Part shown: positions 50,565-62,169 of the stretch, in pieces | Numbering within the stretch: the first letter of the stretch is position 1 | How the letters are laid out: every line of letters starts with the position of its first letter | Origin: Tubulanus polymorphus | Lineage: Eukaryota > Animalia > Nemertea | NCBI RefSeq assembly: GCF_964204645.1 | Contig: NC_134028.1 | Span: 17,863,653-17,927,652, forward strand | Direction of reading: 5' to 3' | DNA length: 64,000 nucleotides | The notes under the pieces: model-generated | Told to the model about the DNA's origin: nothing | The model's input: only the letters and a program-made list of their open reading frames with translations | The model's database searches: none | Position numbers and translations under genes: made by a program

Positions 50565-51878
50565 TAAAATTTAAAATATAATATTCCTCCTTTTATAATA
50601 CCTGTACAAGTTATAGCTAATTTAGTATTTTCATGTGATTTATCATCATTATTACTTTTAATTATTTCACGCTGAATATTATCAGTTTTTATATTTTCTG
50701 ATGTATTGTAATCTTTTATTTTGAAATCATTATTTAATTTAATATTTGTAGTTTTAGTTTCTGTTGATTGAATTTTTTTTTTTAAATTTTTTCACCTTCC
50801 ATTAGTTTTGAAGCAGTAATAATCTTTTTATTTATATCATTGAATCCAAACTTATTATTCATTGTTGCAGTTTTAATCAAATTATCATAACCAATTATAT
50901 TTCCCATTTTTAATATTGAATCATCAGAAATAATTAATGAATTAGGACCTCTACAATAATTTAATCTTACATGGGATTTATCTAAATAATTTTGATATCT
51001 TACAATGTTTTCTGGAATCAATTATTATTCTATTTTTATCATTGTGAATAGAATCTTCAAATAATACTTTGAATTGTTTTTGTGTATCAAATGATATATT
51101 TAAATTTCCAGTTATTGGGGATCTTGTTTCGAACTTGTGATCCTAATATACAAATTAAATAAATTCTGATAGATTGATCTTTGATTCATTGTATTCCAGG
51201 CTTGGAAAAACCTTCATATTTTCTAAAATAAAATTAATCCAACCATTATTATTATCAATTTTATAATTATGATAAGCTCCAACTCTATGCATATAATCAA
51301 TTCTTTATATTTCTAAACTGTTCACCAACACCATGCAATTTACCATGCGCTCTTAATTCGGAATTATTCATATTTATATTAAATTCATTACATATCTTAT
51401 AAAACTTGGATAGATTAATATCATTATCCAATTCTTTAAAATATTTCGATCCAGGTAAAGGACATTCTAATTCATTTAATATAATTTTAATATGAAAATA
51501 CGTGCGAAATCTCAATATTCTATGAATTAATTTTAAATCAGAAATATTCAAATTTTTATCTAAGTTATTAAGATGATTGTTCCAACTTATGCCACATCCT
51601 GTTGTTGCACAATAAACAGCAAGATTTAATTGATTCTGCCAATATTTCATATTAGATTTTATATATATTATTTTCATCCCGAGTAAAAGTAACTTCATAT
51701 GTATTGAATATATTTTCCATTCTAAACATAAAAAACTTTGTTTCAGTAACATAAATTTCTGAATTAATTAATGAATTTAAAACTCAATTTTTATATGAAA
51801 CATTTTTATTAAAATCGATTTCAGGAATATTATATATTAAATTGCTTTATTATATTGGAAAGCTTTTGGAAAACCCAT
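50565..51878 (-). pseudogene. Conserved hypothetical viral protein, copy 2
   Basis: NMKYWQNQLNLAVYCATTGCGISW; IPENIVRYQN matches 27483-28865. Confidence 0.75.
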
Positions 51879-52188
51879 TTATATAATAGGAAAATTAATA
51901 ATTGATTAATTCTTTTAATAATTTATCTTGTTCTTCAATTGTTATATTACCATTTAAACTTATTATATAATCTAATGTATTTTTCAATTTATTTATTTCT
52001 TAAATATTTGATTTAATTTTTTCTTTATTACTTTTTATATTCAATTTTGAACTTATACCAGTTAAAACACTTGAACTTAAACCTAAAACGCCAATTGATA
52101 TAGCTAAAGGTGTTAATGGTGAGAATATTGCTAAAAATGTTATTACAGAACTAATTGTTACTGAACCACTAATAATAAAATAATATAT

Positions 52189-52600
52189 CGTATTGTAAAT
52201 CATCTGACAATTAAGTCAGAGTACTCTTTAACTGGATGCATGTGAATTAACTTAAGGCTAATGGCGATAAAACTGATTTTGCTGTACTGCCGTCCCCTCA
52301 AGCTCGCAAGAAATTACCGAGTGATATTGTTTAGCAAATTGATGATGATGAGATTCTACCTAGTAAAGTAATTAATAATCTAGGGGTATTGTTTGACCAG
52401 GACATGTCAATGTCAGATCATATCAATAATGTGTGCCGCAAAGCAAATTATCATCTTTATTGCATTAGCAAAATTCGTCACCTTCTGGATGACCAAACGT
52501 GTAAAAATGCTGTTAACTCTTTAGTGGTTTCCAGGCTAGACTATGCAAACTCTCTGTTGGCTGGTACATCTGTGTCTAATATTAAAAAACTGCAACTTGC
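52189..52600 (+). mobile_element. LINE fragment (duplicated, internally deleted copy of the 52894 insertion)
   Basis: Same 5' junction cgtattgtaaatcatctgacaattaa; encodes NLGVLFDQDMSM..HI..LVVSRLDYANSLLAG. Confidence 0.85.
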
Positions 52601-52893
52601 AATGAAAATTAATAATTGATTAATTCTTTTAATAATTTATCTTGTTCTTCAATTGCTATATTACCATCTAAACTTATTATATAATCTAATGTATTTTTCA
52701 ATTTATTTATTTCTTAAATATTTGATTTAATTTTTTCTTTATTACTTTTTATATTCAATTTTGAACTTATACCAGTTAAAACACTTGAACTTAAACCTAA
52801 AACGCCAATTGATATAGCTAATGGTGAGAATATTGCTAAAAATGTTATTACAGAACTAATTGTTACTGAACCACTAATAATAAAATAATATAT

Positions 52894-53863
52894 CGTATTG
52901 TAAATCATCTGACAATTAACAATCTTTATGAACCTTATCAGTCCGCATATAGGGCTGCCCACAGTACCGAGACAGCTCTTCTTAAGGTGTGCAATGATAT
53001 ATCTTGTGCAATTGATAAATGCAATGTTGTATTTATAGTTATGCTAGACTTGTCAGCTGCTTTTGACACTATAGATCATTCTGTGTTATTAAATCGCCTT
53101 CAGAAAGATTTCGGTTTTAATGGTAATATTTTGAAACTCATATCATCCTTTCTTACTGGCAGAACTCAAACTGTGGTAGTAAATGGCTCTAAATCGTCTA
53201 GCAAACCATTACTCTGTGGTGTACCCCAAGGTTCAGTCCTGGGGCCAATACTTTTTACATTGTATACGCAGCCTATTGGTAAAATTATAAGGTCTTTTAA
53301 TAATCCCTACCATTATATGCTGATGACGACCAGTTGTACAAGGTTATTAATCCCAATAACATCGAGCAAGTGTATGAAACGCTGTCTGTACTCAGTAATT
53401 CAGTCAGAGTACTCTTTAACTGGATGCATGTGAATAAACTTAAGGCTAATGGCGATAAAACTGACTTTGCTGTACTGCCGTCCCCTCAAGCTCGCAAGAA
53501 ATTACCGAGTGATATTGTTTAGCAAATTGATTTAATTGATTTAACTAGGTATGTTCCAAGTCGACCTCTTAGATCTAGCAATGACCCAACAATTTTAGTT
53601 GAACTTAATAACAGTCGTGTTGCTGGACGTAAAGCTTTTACTTTCATGGCACCAACTTTATGGAATGTCTTACCACAGGAAATTCGTGAAAGTCCAACTG
53701 TCTCATGTTTTAAATCACGTTTAAAAACTTTTTATTTTAGAAATCTGTACAATTAGTGTTTTAATCTGCTTCTGTCTTATCTGTTTTAATAATGTGAAGT
53801 GCAATGATTTTGTTTTATAGAAATGCGCTTTATAAGTAAATAAATTATTAGTATTTATTATTA
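52894..53863 (+). mobile_element. 5'-truncated CR1/L2-group non-LTR retrotransposon (RT pseudogene)
   Basis: HSTETALLKV.ND, LDLSAAFDTIDH, GVPQGSVLGPILF, YADD; aataaa + (tta)n tail; approximate ATATAT TSD; splits the 2-TM viral gene. Confidence 0.9.
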
Positions 53864-54037
53864 TCATATATAATTTTAGATTTTAAATATTTTTTCTTTT
53901 TAACTTTTAAATCATTTTCAAATTCTAATATTTGTTTTTCTAAATATAGTTTTAATTTAGTTTTATTTATATCATGAGGAATAATATCAATATTATCAAC
54001 TTCATCATCCATTTATTTAGCAAAAAATAATATACAA

Positions 54038-55050
54038 TTAATTTGTAAATTTATATGCTACAAATATAACAATGGCAGTTCCAACTAAAATCCAAATTAT
54101 TTCATATTTCTTTTGTTCATTACTTCGTGTATAATGATCCGATATTGTAGGTTTATATAGATGTAATGTTTCTTTATTTGTTACTGCGTTATATAAACTC
54201 ATTCAATCATCGACTGATTGAAAATCTCTATGTGAAATTTTCCGATTAAATAATTCTTTGTTAATATAATCCATATAATTTTGTCTTTTTACTCTATATT
54301 CTCCTGCTGCTTTATTATATTTTTCTAACGCTAAATAATGTCTTTTTTGTTCTGATAATGAATCATTTTTATCAATATGCTTAAATGAATAACCACCACC
54401 TGTATATGCGAAAGCGTTAAAAATTGCAGATCCTGTAATAGTTATAATTGTTGATGCCGTTTATTTAGTAAAAAATTTATTTATACAGGAGGAACATATT
54501 TTTGTTTTTCTAAATAATCAATAGTTAAATTAGATAAAGTAACTGCTAATGTTAATTTTGAAATATCATTTATATCAAATCTATCAACATTAATATTTTG
54601 AATACTTTCTTTAATAACATTGTATAACCAACAGTTCCAACTGATAGTAATGCTCCATTATATAAACCAGTTATTATCCACTTATTATCACTCATTTATT
54701 TATCAAAAAATTACTATCTTCAAAATGTTTGGTTATCTTAGTTATAATTATTTCAACATTGATGATATTAAAAGTTCCATTTTTATATATTTCAGTTATT
54801 ATTATTCTAATATCATCGATAATGAAATCTTCATCTAATTCATAAAATCTTACAGAATTTCTTATTAAATCAGTAATTTTTTCTACATTATAAGTTTCTT
54901 TATTTATTGTTGTTTCATAATCAAATGTTGTTTCATTAGAAAATGCAATAGTTTTAATATGTGTTATTACATCATTAATATCAAATTTCATGTCTTTCTC
55001 ACGTTTAAAATCAAATCCAAAACATATACTCGGTCATACTGTTATATTCA
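54038..55050 (-). pseudogene. Three small viral genes present in copy 2 but deleted from copy 1
   Basis: ~55050-54692 (acidic beta-rich), 54695-54481 (small hydrophobic, MSDNKW..DYLEKQKYVPPV, frameshifted), ~54460-54038 (N- and C-terminal hydrophobic). Confidence 0.65.
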
Positions 55051-55069
55051 TATTTATATAACAAAAAAT

Positions 55070-55835
55070 TACTCTTTACATCTTATAACTAATTCATAAA
55101 TTACGGGGAAATTATTTAAATCAATTAAGTACACATTATGATTTCTTATTTCTAATTTAAAATTATTAAATTGTGGAAGACAAGGTTTAAAAACACATTC
55201 AGCTAAATTATAATTTATTTGTGTTCCAAATTATTTAACATTTTTAATGGTAAAATATTCAATAAACTAGAATTACAAATTGTATCTTTAGTTGCTTCGA
55301 AAGTTTTTGTTGGGTCAATTAAATTTCAATAAATATAAAAGTGTGTAAAAGGTATTATATTTGAGCTACCTTCTGCGTTTCCAGTAACAATATGCGGTTT
55401 AATTACTAACATTTTAGCTATTGGTTTTTTAACTAAAAATGCTTGTTCGTTTTCATCATCTAACTTTATTTTAATTTTATTTTTGCTAACACTTTTTATA
55501 AATCTAATTGAAAATTTATCATCACTTCTAATTTTTAATCGTGCGCTTCTATTAATTTCTTGCGCTTATTTTTATAAATTATATAATCCTGGTTTTAAAA
55601 ATAGATGAAACCATTTATTTATATTTCTAATATGAATTTAAGAAGTATTATGTTCTAGACTTATATTAGAAGTAGATATATTATAAAACGAATTACATAA
55701 ACTAATATTAACTAATTTTAAATCTACACAATTTTTAAATTCTCTATCTAATTTTACTAGTAAATTATGTGTTTTATAATTTGTAAGTTTTCTAGAATCA
55801 ACATATATTCTATATTCTTTTAATTTATCTTGCAT
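55070..55835 (-). pseudogene. Putative minor capsid (penton-like) protein, copy 2
   Basis: MQDKLKEYRIYVDSRKL..LCNSFYNIS matches 26197; continues past the copy 1 deletion point. Confidence 0.6.
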
Positions 55836-56185
55836 TTATTTCACATATTTTTTTTATTCGAAATCTATATCATGACATCCTTTTTCATTCTCACACTATA
55901 TGAAATAGAAATCACCAGAATATAATTCTTCTAGATCTTCACTTGATAATCTATGAAATCTATCTGGTAAATATGTTCTGAACTTATATTTATTACCTTT
56001 TAATCCTTCATATTCTAAGTGAATTACTAATTTATTACCATATCTATTAGTAATTGTTTCAATATTTGTAATTAAATATTTCTTATGTAATGTTAATTCT
56101 GTTAACTTTTTGAATTTATAATCTACAAATTTGACATTTGTAGTATCTTTAATTCTATATCACTGTGTATTTGTTTACTCTCCAT
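55836..56185 (-). pseudogene. 122-aa conserved protein homologue, copy 2
   Basis: MESKQIHSD.. nucleotide match to 25828-26196 with frameshift. Confidence 0.8.
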
Positions 56186-56189
56186 TTTT

Positions 56190-57550
56190 GGCGAACCGTA
56201 GGTTTGCCTATGCAAACAGTCTGGTGAAGCAGTTTTCATTGAAAATGAATAGAGTACCGGTGTGTCAACAAGGCACAAACATTGGCTGTTGAACCAATAG
56301 TGTTGATTTTTGGTGTCATGGTTTGGCTTAGTGAGTTCTTGAGCCCACAGAAATTTCATAGTGATCGAGTTATTTTTAAGGGACTTATTCTTGAAAAACA
56401 CGTAAAAACCCTGCTTTTTAGCACTAAGTAGTGGCACGTTTTTACATACGACAATTTGCATACTTGGAATTGAAATATATAAAAGTTCAATCCTTCCCGG
56501 AAGTGTTGCCATTTTTTGTGCGACTCATCTCGATTTACTTTTCGACCTACAGGCCCTCACTTTATAAACCCCCTAAATTTTCAAGCTTCTTTATGTTTGA
56601 GTTGACCTTGTTTCCTGAGCTACAATGAATGTGATTGGCTGTCTGTGGGATATACGGGAAATTCCAGGAATTTCAGCGCTTCTGATGTAATTGCGAAAGC
56701 CCATTGGGAAAGCCCCATGTGGAACTCGCTGAAGCAAAATGGCGAGAATTTCATTCGACTAGGTATCGTATGTTGGCTTATAATTTGTCCGGTGTTACGA
56801 AAATAGCCGAGTAGGCTATTCAATTCAGTATCCAAACTTGCAAATATGATGATACCAATGGAGTTTTGGCTTAGATTTGTCTTGTCAATGCCTTAAAGAC
56901 CTGCTAACGCGCACGGTTTAACCGCGGCCGTCGGTCGGCTTTTTTTGTGAACCGTGTTACTGCTCTACTCTATTCAATTTTAGTACGTTCTTAGGTAGAA
57001 TTGTGAGCGGTGATGAATTAATAGACTAAACAGCCAGTAGACAATAGCGGGCAGTGGAATGCTCTCAGCTTTTCATCTAATCAACAGTCAGTTTCTCAAC
57101 ACCGATTTATAGGTGGGAGCTAGTCAACACACATACACCTTTTACATGTACATGTACATCGCTAATGTACTTCGGAAATCCGTGCGAAGCGATCAATAGT
57201 CATGTACAGCATAGTCACACACGTGCTGTTAAAAAAAGAAACAGGAGACTGGGAAACTTGCGCCGCTCGCATATTTTTATTCAAGGATAATAAAATATGC
57301 AAATTGATTTACATGTAGTATAATAATCACTTATTTGTATTAATCGTGTAATAAGGGGCTAAGAATTAATGAAGTTCTCAGAGTTAGAATAAATGATTGT
57401 TGTTTGTTCGGGGACAGCATATCGTCATTTGATGGTTTTAATTCGGTAATTCTACATTCGATTGCAATCCAAATTAATTCATAGTTAGTATAGTATTTTT
57501 GACAATATACACTCATTCATTTAATGGTGAGCCACAGGGCCATTGAACCT
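56190..57550 (+). mobile_element. Non-coding insertion, probably a third HINE-like family
   Basis: Interrupts the viral promoter between gtataaataa and aaatggagag; starts after a T-run with palindrome ggcgaacc-gta-ggtttgcc; ends ggtgagcc + short stem-loop before T-run. Confidence 0.5.
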
Positions 57551-57634
57551 TTATTTATACATATTTCTTATTAAAATTGATTTCATTTATATAATATTCA
57601 TTTATATAATGTTCATATATATGAATATTATTAG

Positions 57635-57784
57635 AGTGATAGGGAAAGTTTAGTTTCATATCAAAGGTTGAAGGGTTGAGTGAATAAAAAATAAAAATAA
57701 ATTCGAGCGTGCGAGAATTTATTTCTATTTTTTATGAGCTCGACCCTTCGACCTTTGGTATGAAACAACACTTTCCCTATTACT
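57635..57784. repeat. Terminal palindrome/hairpin of Polinton-like copy 2
   Basis: AGTGATAGGGAAAG...CTTTCCCTATTACT, ~70-bp imperfect arms; homologous to 21325-21513. Confidence 0.88.
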
Positions 57785-57979
57785 GAGTCCGTATTGTGGC
57801 TGGGTGGACCCTCGCGTTTCCCCTCTGGTGTTGACTTACGATCCGCTTTTTTGGCTCCCTCCCACCCTCCCTATATCTATTTTTCTTGCCTCCGTGTACA
57901 TTCGTCCGCGAAAAGTCATTTCCTCCCAATACTCTATAGTAGACGAGTATACATAGGGGGAGTTGATGTCACTGGGGAA

Positions 57980-58600
57980 ACGGATATATCGTAGAAATTG
58001 CGCATCGAAGTAGCATCCCTAAACGGTGCTCTTAATTCGATAAGAGATTTCAAATAAGCTTCGATCACTAGGCGCGGTTGACCGAATCTCTGGATGAGCA
58101 ATTCTTTCGCGATTTTGTAATTTTCGGACGTTAACGGTAAACCTTCAATACATAATTTCGCTTCATCAACAGGATGACACTTTAAATGCCTTAGCTTTTC
58201 GATATCTGATAAGAAAAGGATACCGAGAATCAACGGTCGTAGTAAATAAATCATAGAATGTGGGCCACTCGAGAACGTTTCCAGAGAATTTCGGTAATTC
58301 TATTTTGGGTAGAGTGATTCGACCGAGAGACTCGGATTACGGATTTCCCTTTTGATTTGGCCTTTGATTCGATGTAGACTGTTGGAACGAGAGCTCGTTG
58401 CATGCAAATTCTAAACGCGTCAGCCTCGTTCGTCTCTCATTTTAGTAATCATCACTTTCTATTACGAAATTCGACAGCTCGTCAGTGGTTTTGAATTCGG
58501 CGTTGTTGATTATCTCATCATCTAACTTTTCCAGAAAAAAGTAGTTTCGCGGTGTAAGTTTTAAGTTACCTTGAACGAATGAGCCTGCAATTCCTGCAAA
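57980..58600 (-). pseudogene. BEL/Pao retrotransposon gag fragment (DUF1759-like)
   Basis: ITLPKIELPKFSGNVLEWPTF and LSDIEKL.HLK..EAK..IEGLPLTSENY..AKELL..RFG. Confidence 0.8.
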
Positions 58601-58698
58601 GAATCCTCACATTAGTAATTGGGAAAGTAGGCTTTCATACCAGAGGTCGAGCGGTCGAGACACCACTCATCACCACAAGTAATTTTTTTTCCTAATAA

Positions 58699-59025
58699 AT
58701 GGGAGATAGAAAAGCATTCTTAGCAACAATAAATAACAGAATTAAACCAGCAAAAAAACAATTTGAAATAAAAAAGTTAGTTGATGTTACAAAAGAAATT
58801 GAACATAAAATATTGAAATTAGAAAAGATAAAAACTATATATGGAGAGAAAGTATCAGCGAATTCAAGCTACTGTAATATTAGTACATCGCGAGAATTTA
58901 AAGTGTTTTTACCTGATAAATGGGTTACATTGAGTACAGAGGAATTAAAAGATTTAGAAGGATTTAAAATAATCTATCATGGGAAAAATGAAGACGGTCA
59001 TCATGATTTAGAAATTATTGATTAA
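58699..59025 (+). CDS. Divergent homologue of the viral 122-aa protein, isolated
   Basis: Intact 108-aa ORF, aattttttttcctaaTAAATG start; TIYGEKV, FLPDKW..LSTEEL..L, IYHGKNEDGHH align with 25828-26196. Confidence 0.75.
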   Translation: MGDRKAFLATINNRIKPAKKQFEIKKLVDVTKEIEHKILKLEKIKTIYGEKVSANSSYCNISTSREFKVFLPDKWVTLSTEELKDLEGFKIIYHGKNEDGHHDLEIID

Positions 59026-60039
59026 ATAAAAAATAAAAATAATGAATATCTAGAATCCAAAATGACCTTAGTCGTTTTACAAACAACTTCAATCATACAG
59101 TCAAACATCTGTTACATGTTATTATAAGAGAGTGCTTCATTTGAATATTGATCGATCAAACAGGTGTTGCAATTCAACGTTGTTGTTATAGCAGTTATAT
59201 AATAAGCACGCAGTACATACAACACACACAGGACAGGAGGATACATTGTTTCTCGTGATTAAAAGGAATATTTCAATGTTTTTTACGGTAAGTTTTAACA
59301 AAACCACCCGACTTGACTCGCAGAGTTTTTAGGGGATAAGCATCCCGTTATTGAGAGGCGCCACGAGATACCTATCCCCAAGCATTTCTACTTACACATC
59401 CGCGACCCACGTCAACCGGGATCTCCTTCAATGATTGGCAGAAATCACATTATATTAAAGGCGCCTAATGTAATTTCTACCAATCTCGAAATTCGAAACC
59501 GAAGGAGAAACCCGGAGAGTGGACGAAGGTGCATTTTCAAAATGCCTCTGCTGGCCAGAGCTACTTCAGCGTTGGAATGAATTGCCTTATATACTTAGCT
59601 AAAACACCTAAGTAAATGTTGTTGGCGTTTACTAAAGAAATATGTGAAATTTGAAATTATGAATTATTCCGAATGAAAAGAATATAGTAATGAAAACTGA
59701 TAAATGAATTATGGATTTTTAACTTAATTATGATATAATTTTAAATCAAATTAGTAATCAATTACCATGTTAATTGATTAACAAATTCAAATTCAAATAT
59801 TCATTTTACCATTTCACCCAGTGCTGCCATCTTTCAATTTAAGAAAAAACTAATAATAAGAAACGACTGTAATACAATATTCAAGTAAAAACTTCAAATT
59901 AAAAAAACAAGATAAATTAATAAAAATAATGAATATCTAGAATCCAAAATGACTTATCTGGACAATTTAATTGCTCCGCATAGATAGACGAAAGTAGTGA
60001 GATATTCAATTATTTTTTTTGCTTTTTTTCTAAAATATT

Positions 60040-60405
60040 AATCCATTTTTTTATTGTCAATTTTGGAATTTCAGAAGTATTTTCATTTTTGATAGCAGTT
60101 GTTTCAGAATTATTAATATCATGAATTCTATTTGATTTCTTATACCAATTACACCCAATCAAAATGAATACAATTACAAATCCAACTGTAAAATATAGAC
60201 ATTTATCAAATATTCTATCATTAGAAGGAGTAGAAATAACAATATTTTCACCATTTTTATTAACATTTTTATTACTTATTTTTTCTTTTACAGCTTTTTT
60301 TATATTCTTGTGATTTAATTCCTAATTGCCGAGACCATTCAATTGTTTCTGTGATCTCGGTTTTTTCTTCACAGTTAATTCCTCTACTTCTTCCACCTTG
60401 TTCAT
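60040..60405 (-). pseudogene. Small basic TM protein homologue of 34646-35014
   Basis: TAAATG start MNKVEEVEELTVKKKPRSQKQ.. then WSRQLG in shifted frame; TM LYFTVGFVIVFILIGC. Confidence 0.6.
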
Positions 60406-60928
60406 TTATTATAGAAATATCTTTACTTTCAATATTTGAAAATGTTATAACTCCAGTTGATAATAATGTCATAAATCCACCTAATTGAAATGATAAATAT
60501 CCAATCCATTTATTTAATTCAGTCATAACTAAATAACCATTTTTTAAATCGGAATATAATCTATTTTCATCTTCAATTGGTAGTATATAATTACATAATT
60601 TACTATAACCTTTTACTACATTTTCTGATATCGCGTCATTAATTCTAGCTGTTCTCGCGGCTTCATAAATCTTAAATAATCTAATAATTTCATCTGATTT
60701 CATTGTATCTAATTCATTATAAGTTAAATTTTTACATTTTCCAGATGCTATTAATATTTCTAATTGATGTTTACAATAAAGATAATATTCATAATTACTA
60801 TTTGTTGTAACATTATTTAAAGCACCATCATCTGGAGTTAATTTTGTTTCTGTTATTCCTAAATCATCTAAAGTTTTTTCGATTGGAACTTCACCATTTT
60901 TAGATTTTATTTTCTTTTCACCTCCCAT
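60272..60928 (-). CDS. Hypothetical helical viral protein with hydrophobic C-terminal region
   Basis: TAAATG start; the last ~45 codons probably read through into the next gene. Confidence 0.65.
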   Translation of the reverse strand: MGGEKKIKSKNGEVPIEKTLDDLGITETKLTPDDGALNNVTTNSNYEYYLYCKHQLEILIASGKCKNLTYNELDTMKSDEIIRLFKIYEAARTARINDAISENVVKGYSKLCNYILPIEDENRLYSDLKNGYLVMTELNKWIGYLSFQLGGFMTLLSTGVITFSNIESKDISIINEQGGRSRGINCEEKTEITETIEWSRQLGIKSQEYKKSCKRKNK

Positions 60929-60954
60929 TTATATAACAAATAAATTAGTTGTGT

Positions 60955-61230
60955 TGTTGCAACTAGAATTCAACTAGAATGCAACTAGAATTCAACTAGA
61001 TTAACAAGCTAGTTGAAATATTGTTGTTTTTATTTATTTCTTGTTAAATCTAGTTGATTTTTGTTCAAACTACTAATAACTAGAATTCAACTAGAATGTA
61101 ACTAAAAATATACTAGATTAACAAGCTAGTTAAAATATTGTTAAATCTAGTTGATTTTTGTTACAACTACCAATAACTAGAATTCAACTAGAATGTAACT
61201 AGAATTCAACTAGATTAACAAGCTAGTTGA
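60955..61230. repeat. Short tandem repeats (aactagaattc / actagattaacaagctagtt)
   Basis: 11-bp motif repeated in three ~110-120-bp blocks. Confidence 0.85.
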
Positions 61231-61282
61231 ATTTAAATAAATTCATATTTAAATGGGTGTTGATTAATAATTCCTTATTCAT

Positions 61283-62140
61283 TTATATATTTTTAATTTT
61301 ACTTGATAATATCCATTCATTGAATTTATCTGGCCATCCAACCCATTTTACTAAAGAATATTTTTTTCTTTTAATAGTTTTTGTTTTTAATACTTTTTCA
61401 ATTTTATATTCTTGTTCTAGATTTTCAGTAGTTAAACTTAATTCTTCTTCGTAAAAGTAGCCATCAACTTCTTCACTATCTAAATTAATGTAATCCTTTT
61501 TTATTTTATATATTTCCCTAGTAAAATTTCGATCGTATCCTTTGTCAAATATCTTTTTATACTTAGAAATTCTAACATTTTGACCAAATTTAAATTTAGG
61601 TTCACCAAAATCATCTACAAGAAATGCTCCATATAAATTATTCCAAACAATTTCAGCATTTTCAGGTTTTCTAGCATCAATAGGTTTCATTCCAATAGAA
61701 GAATGATAAGAATTATTATATCCTTCTATCAATTTTGGTAAAACATCAATCCATTTAAAAGTATTATTTGCTGTAAAATATTTCCACATTCTTGTTCTTA
61801 ATGTTCTATTAAATCGTTCAACAACTGCTGCTTTTTTATCCGATTTTGTATTAAAATATTTAATATTATGATTATCTAAGAGTTCATGAACAAGTGAATT
61901 ATCAAACTCTTTTCCATCATCAAATTGTATTTTTTCTGGTTTTAGTTCATTCGAAAGAAATTTTCTTAAAACATTTGATGTTTGTACAGCATCTTTTCTA
62001 TAAAGTGGGAAGCTCCATACATAACGACTAAAAATATCAATTATATTTATCATTTATATTAGAAGAATAAGCAACCGAACTCTCAGGGTTGTAATATAAA
62101 TTTCTTAAATATTGTTCTTTAGAGTTTTTTTACCGCCCAT
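61283..62140 (-). pseudogene. RVE integrase with chromo-like domain, copy 3 (internal deletion near N-terminus)
   Basis: TAAATG start at 62140, LYYNPESSVAYS then jump to IDIFSRYVW; IQFDDGKEF, KAAVVERFNRTL, VKWVGWPDKFNEWI. Confidence 0.9.
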
Positions 62141-62169
62141 TTATATATCGTTAATTTTAACTTTATATT

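Larger units (their letters stand above)
47240..57784 (-). mobile_element. Endogenous Polinton-like virus copy 2 (pPolB deleted, interrupted by LINE and HINE-like insertions)
   Basis: Collinear homologues of copy 1 genes on minus strand from hairpin (57635-57784) through 122-aa gene, penton-like gene, small TM genes, coiled-coil gene, MCP to start of the 31635 homologue at ~47578. Confidence 0.9.
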
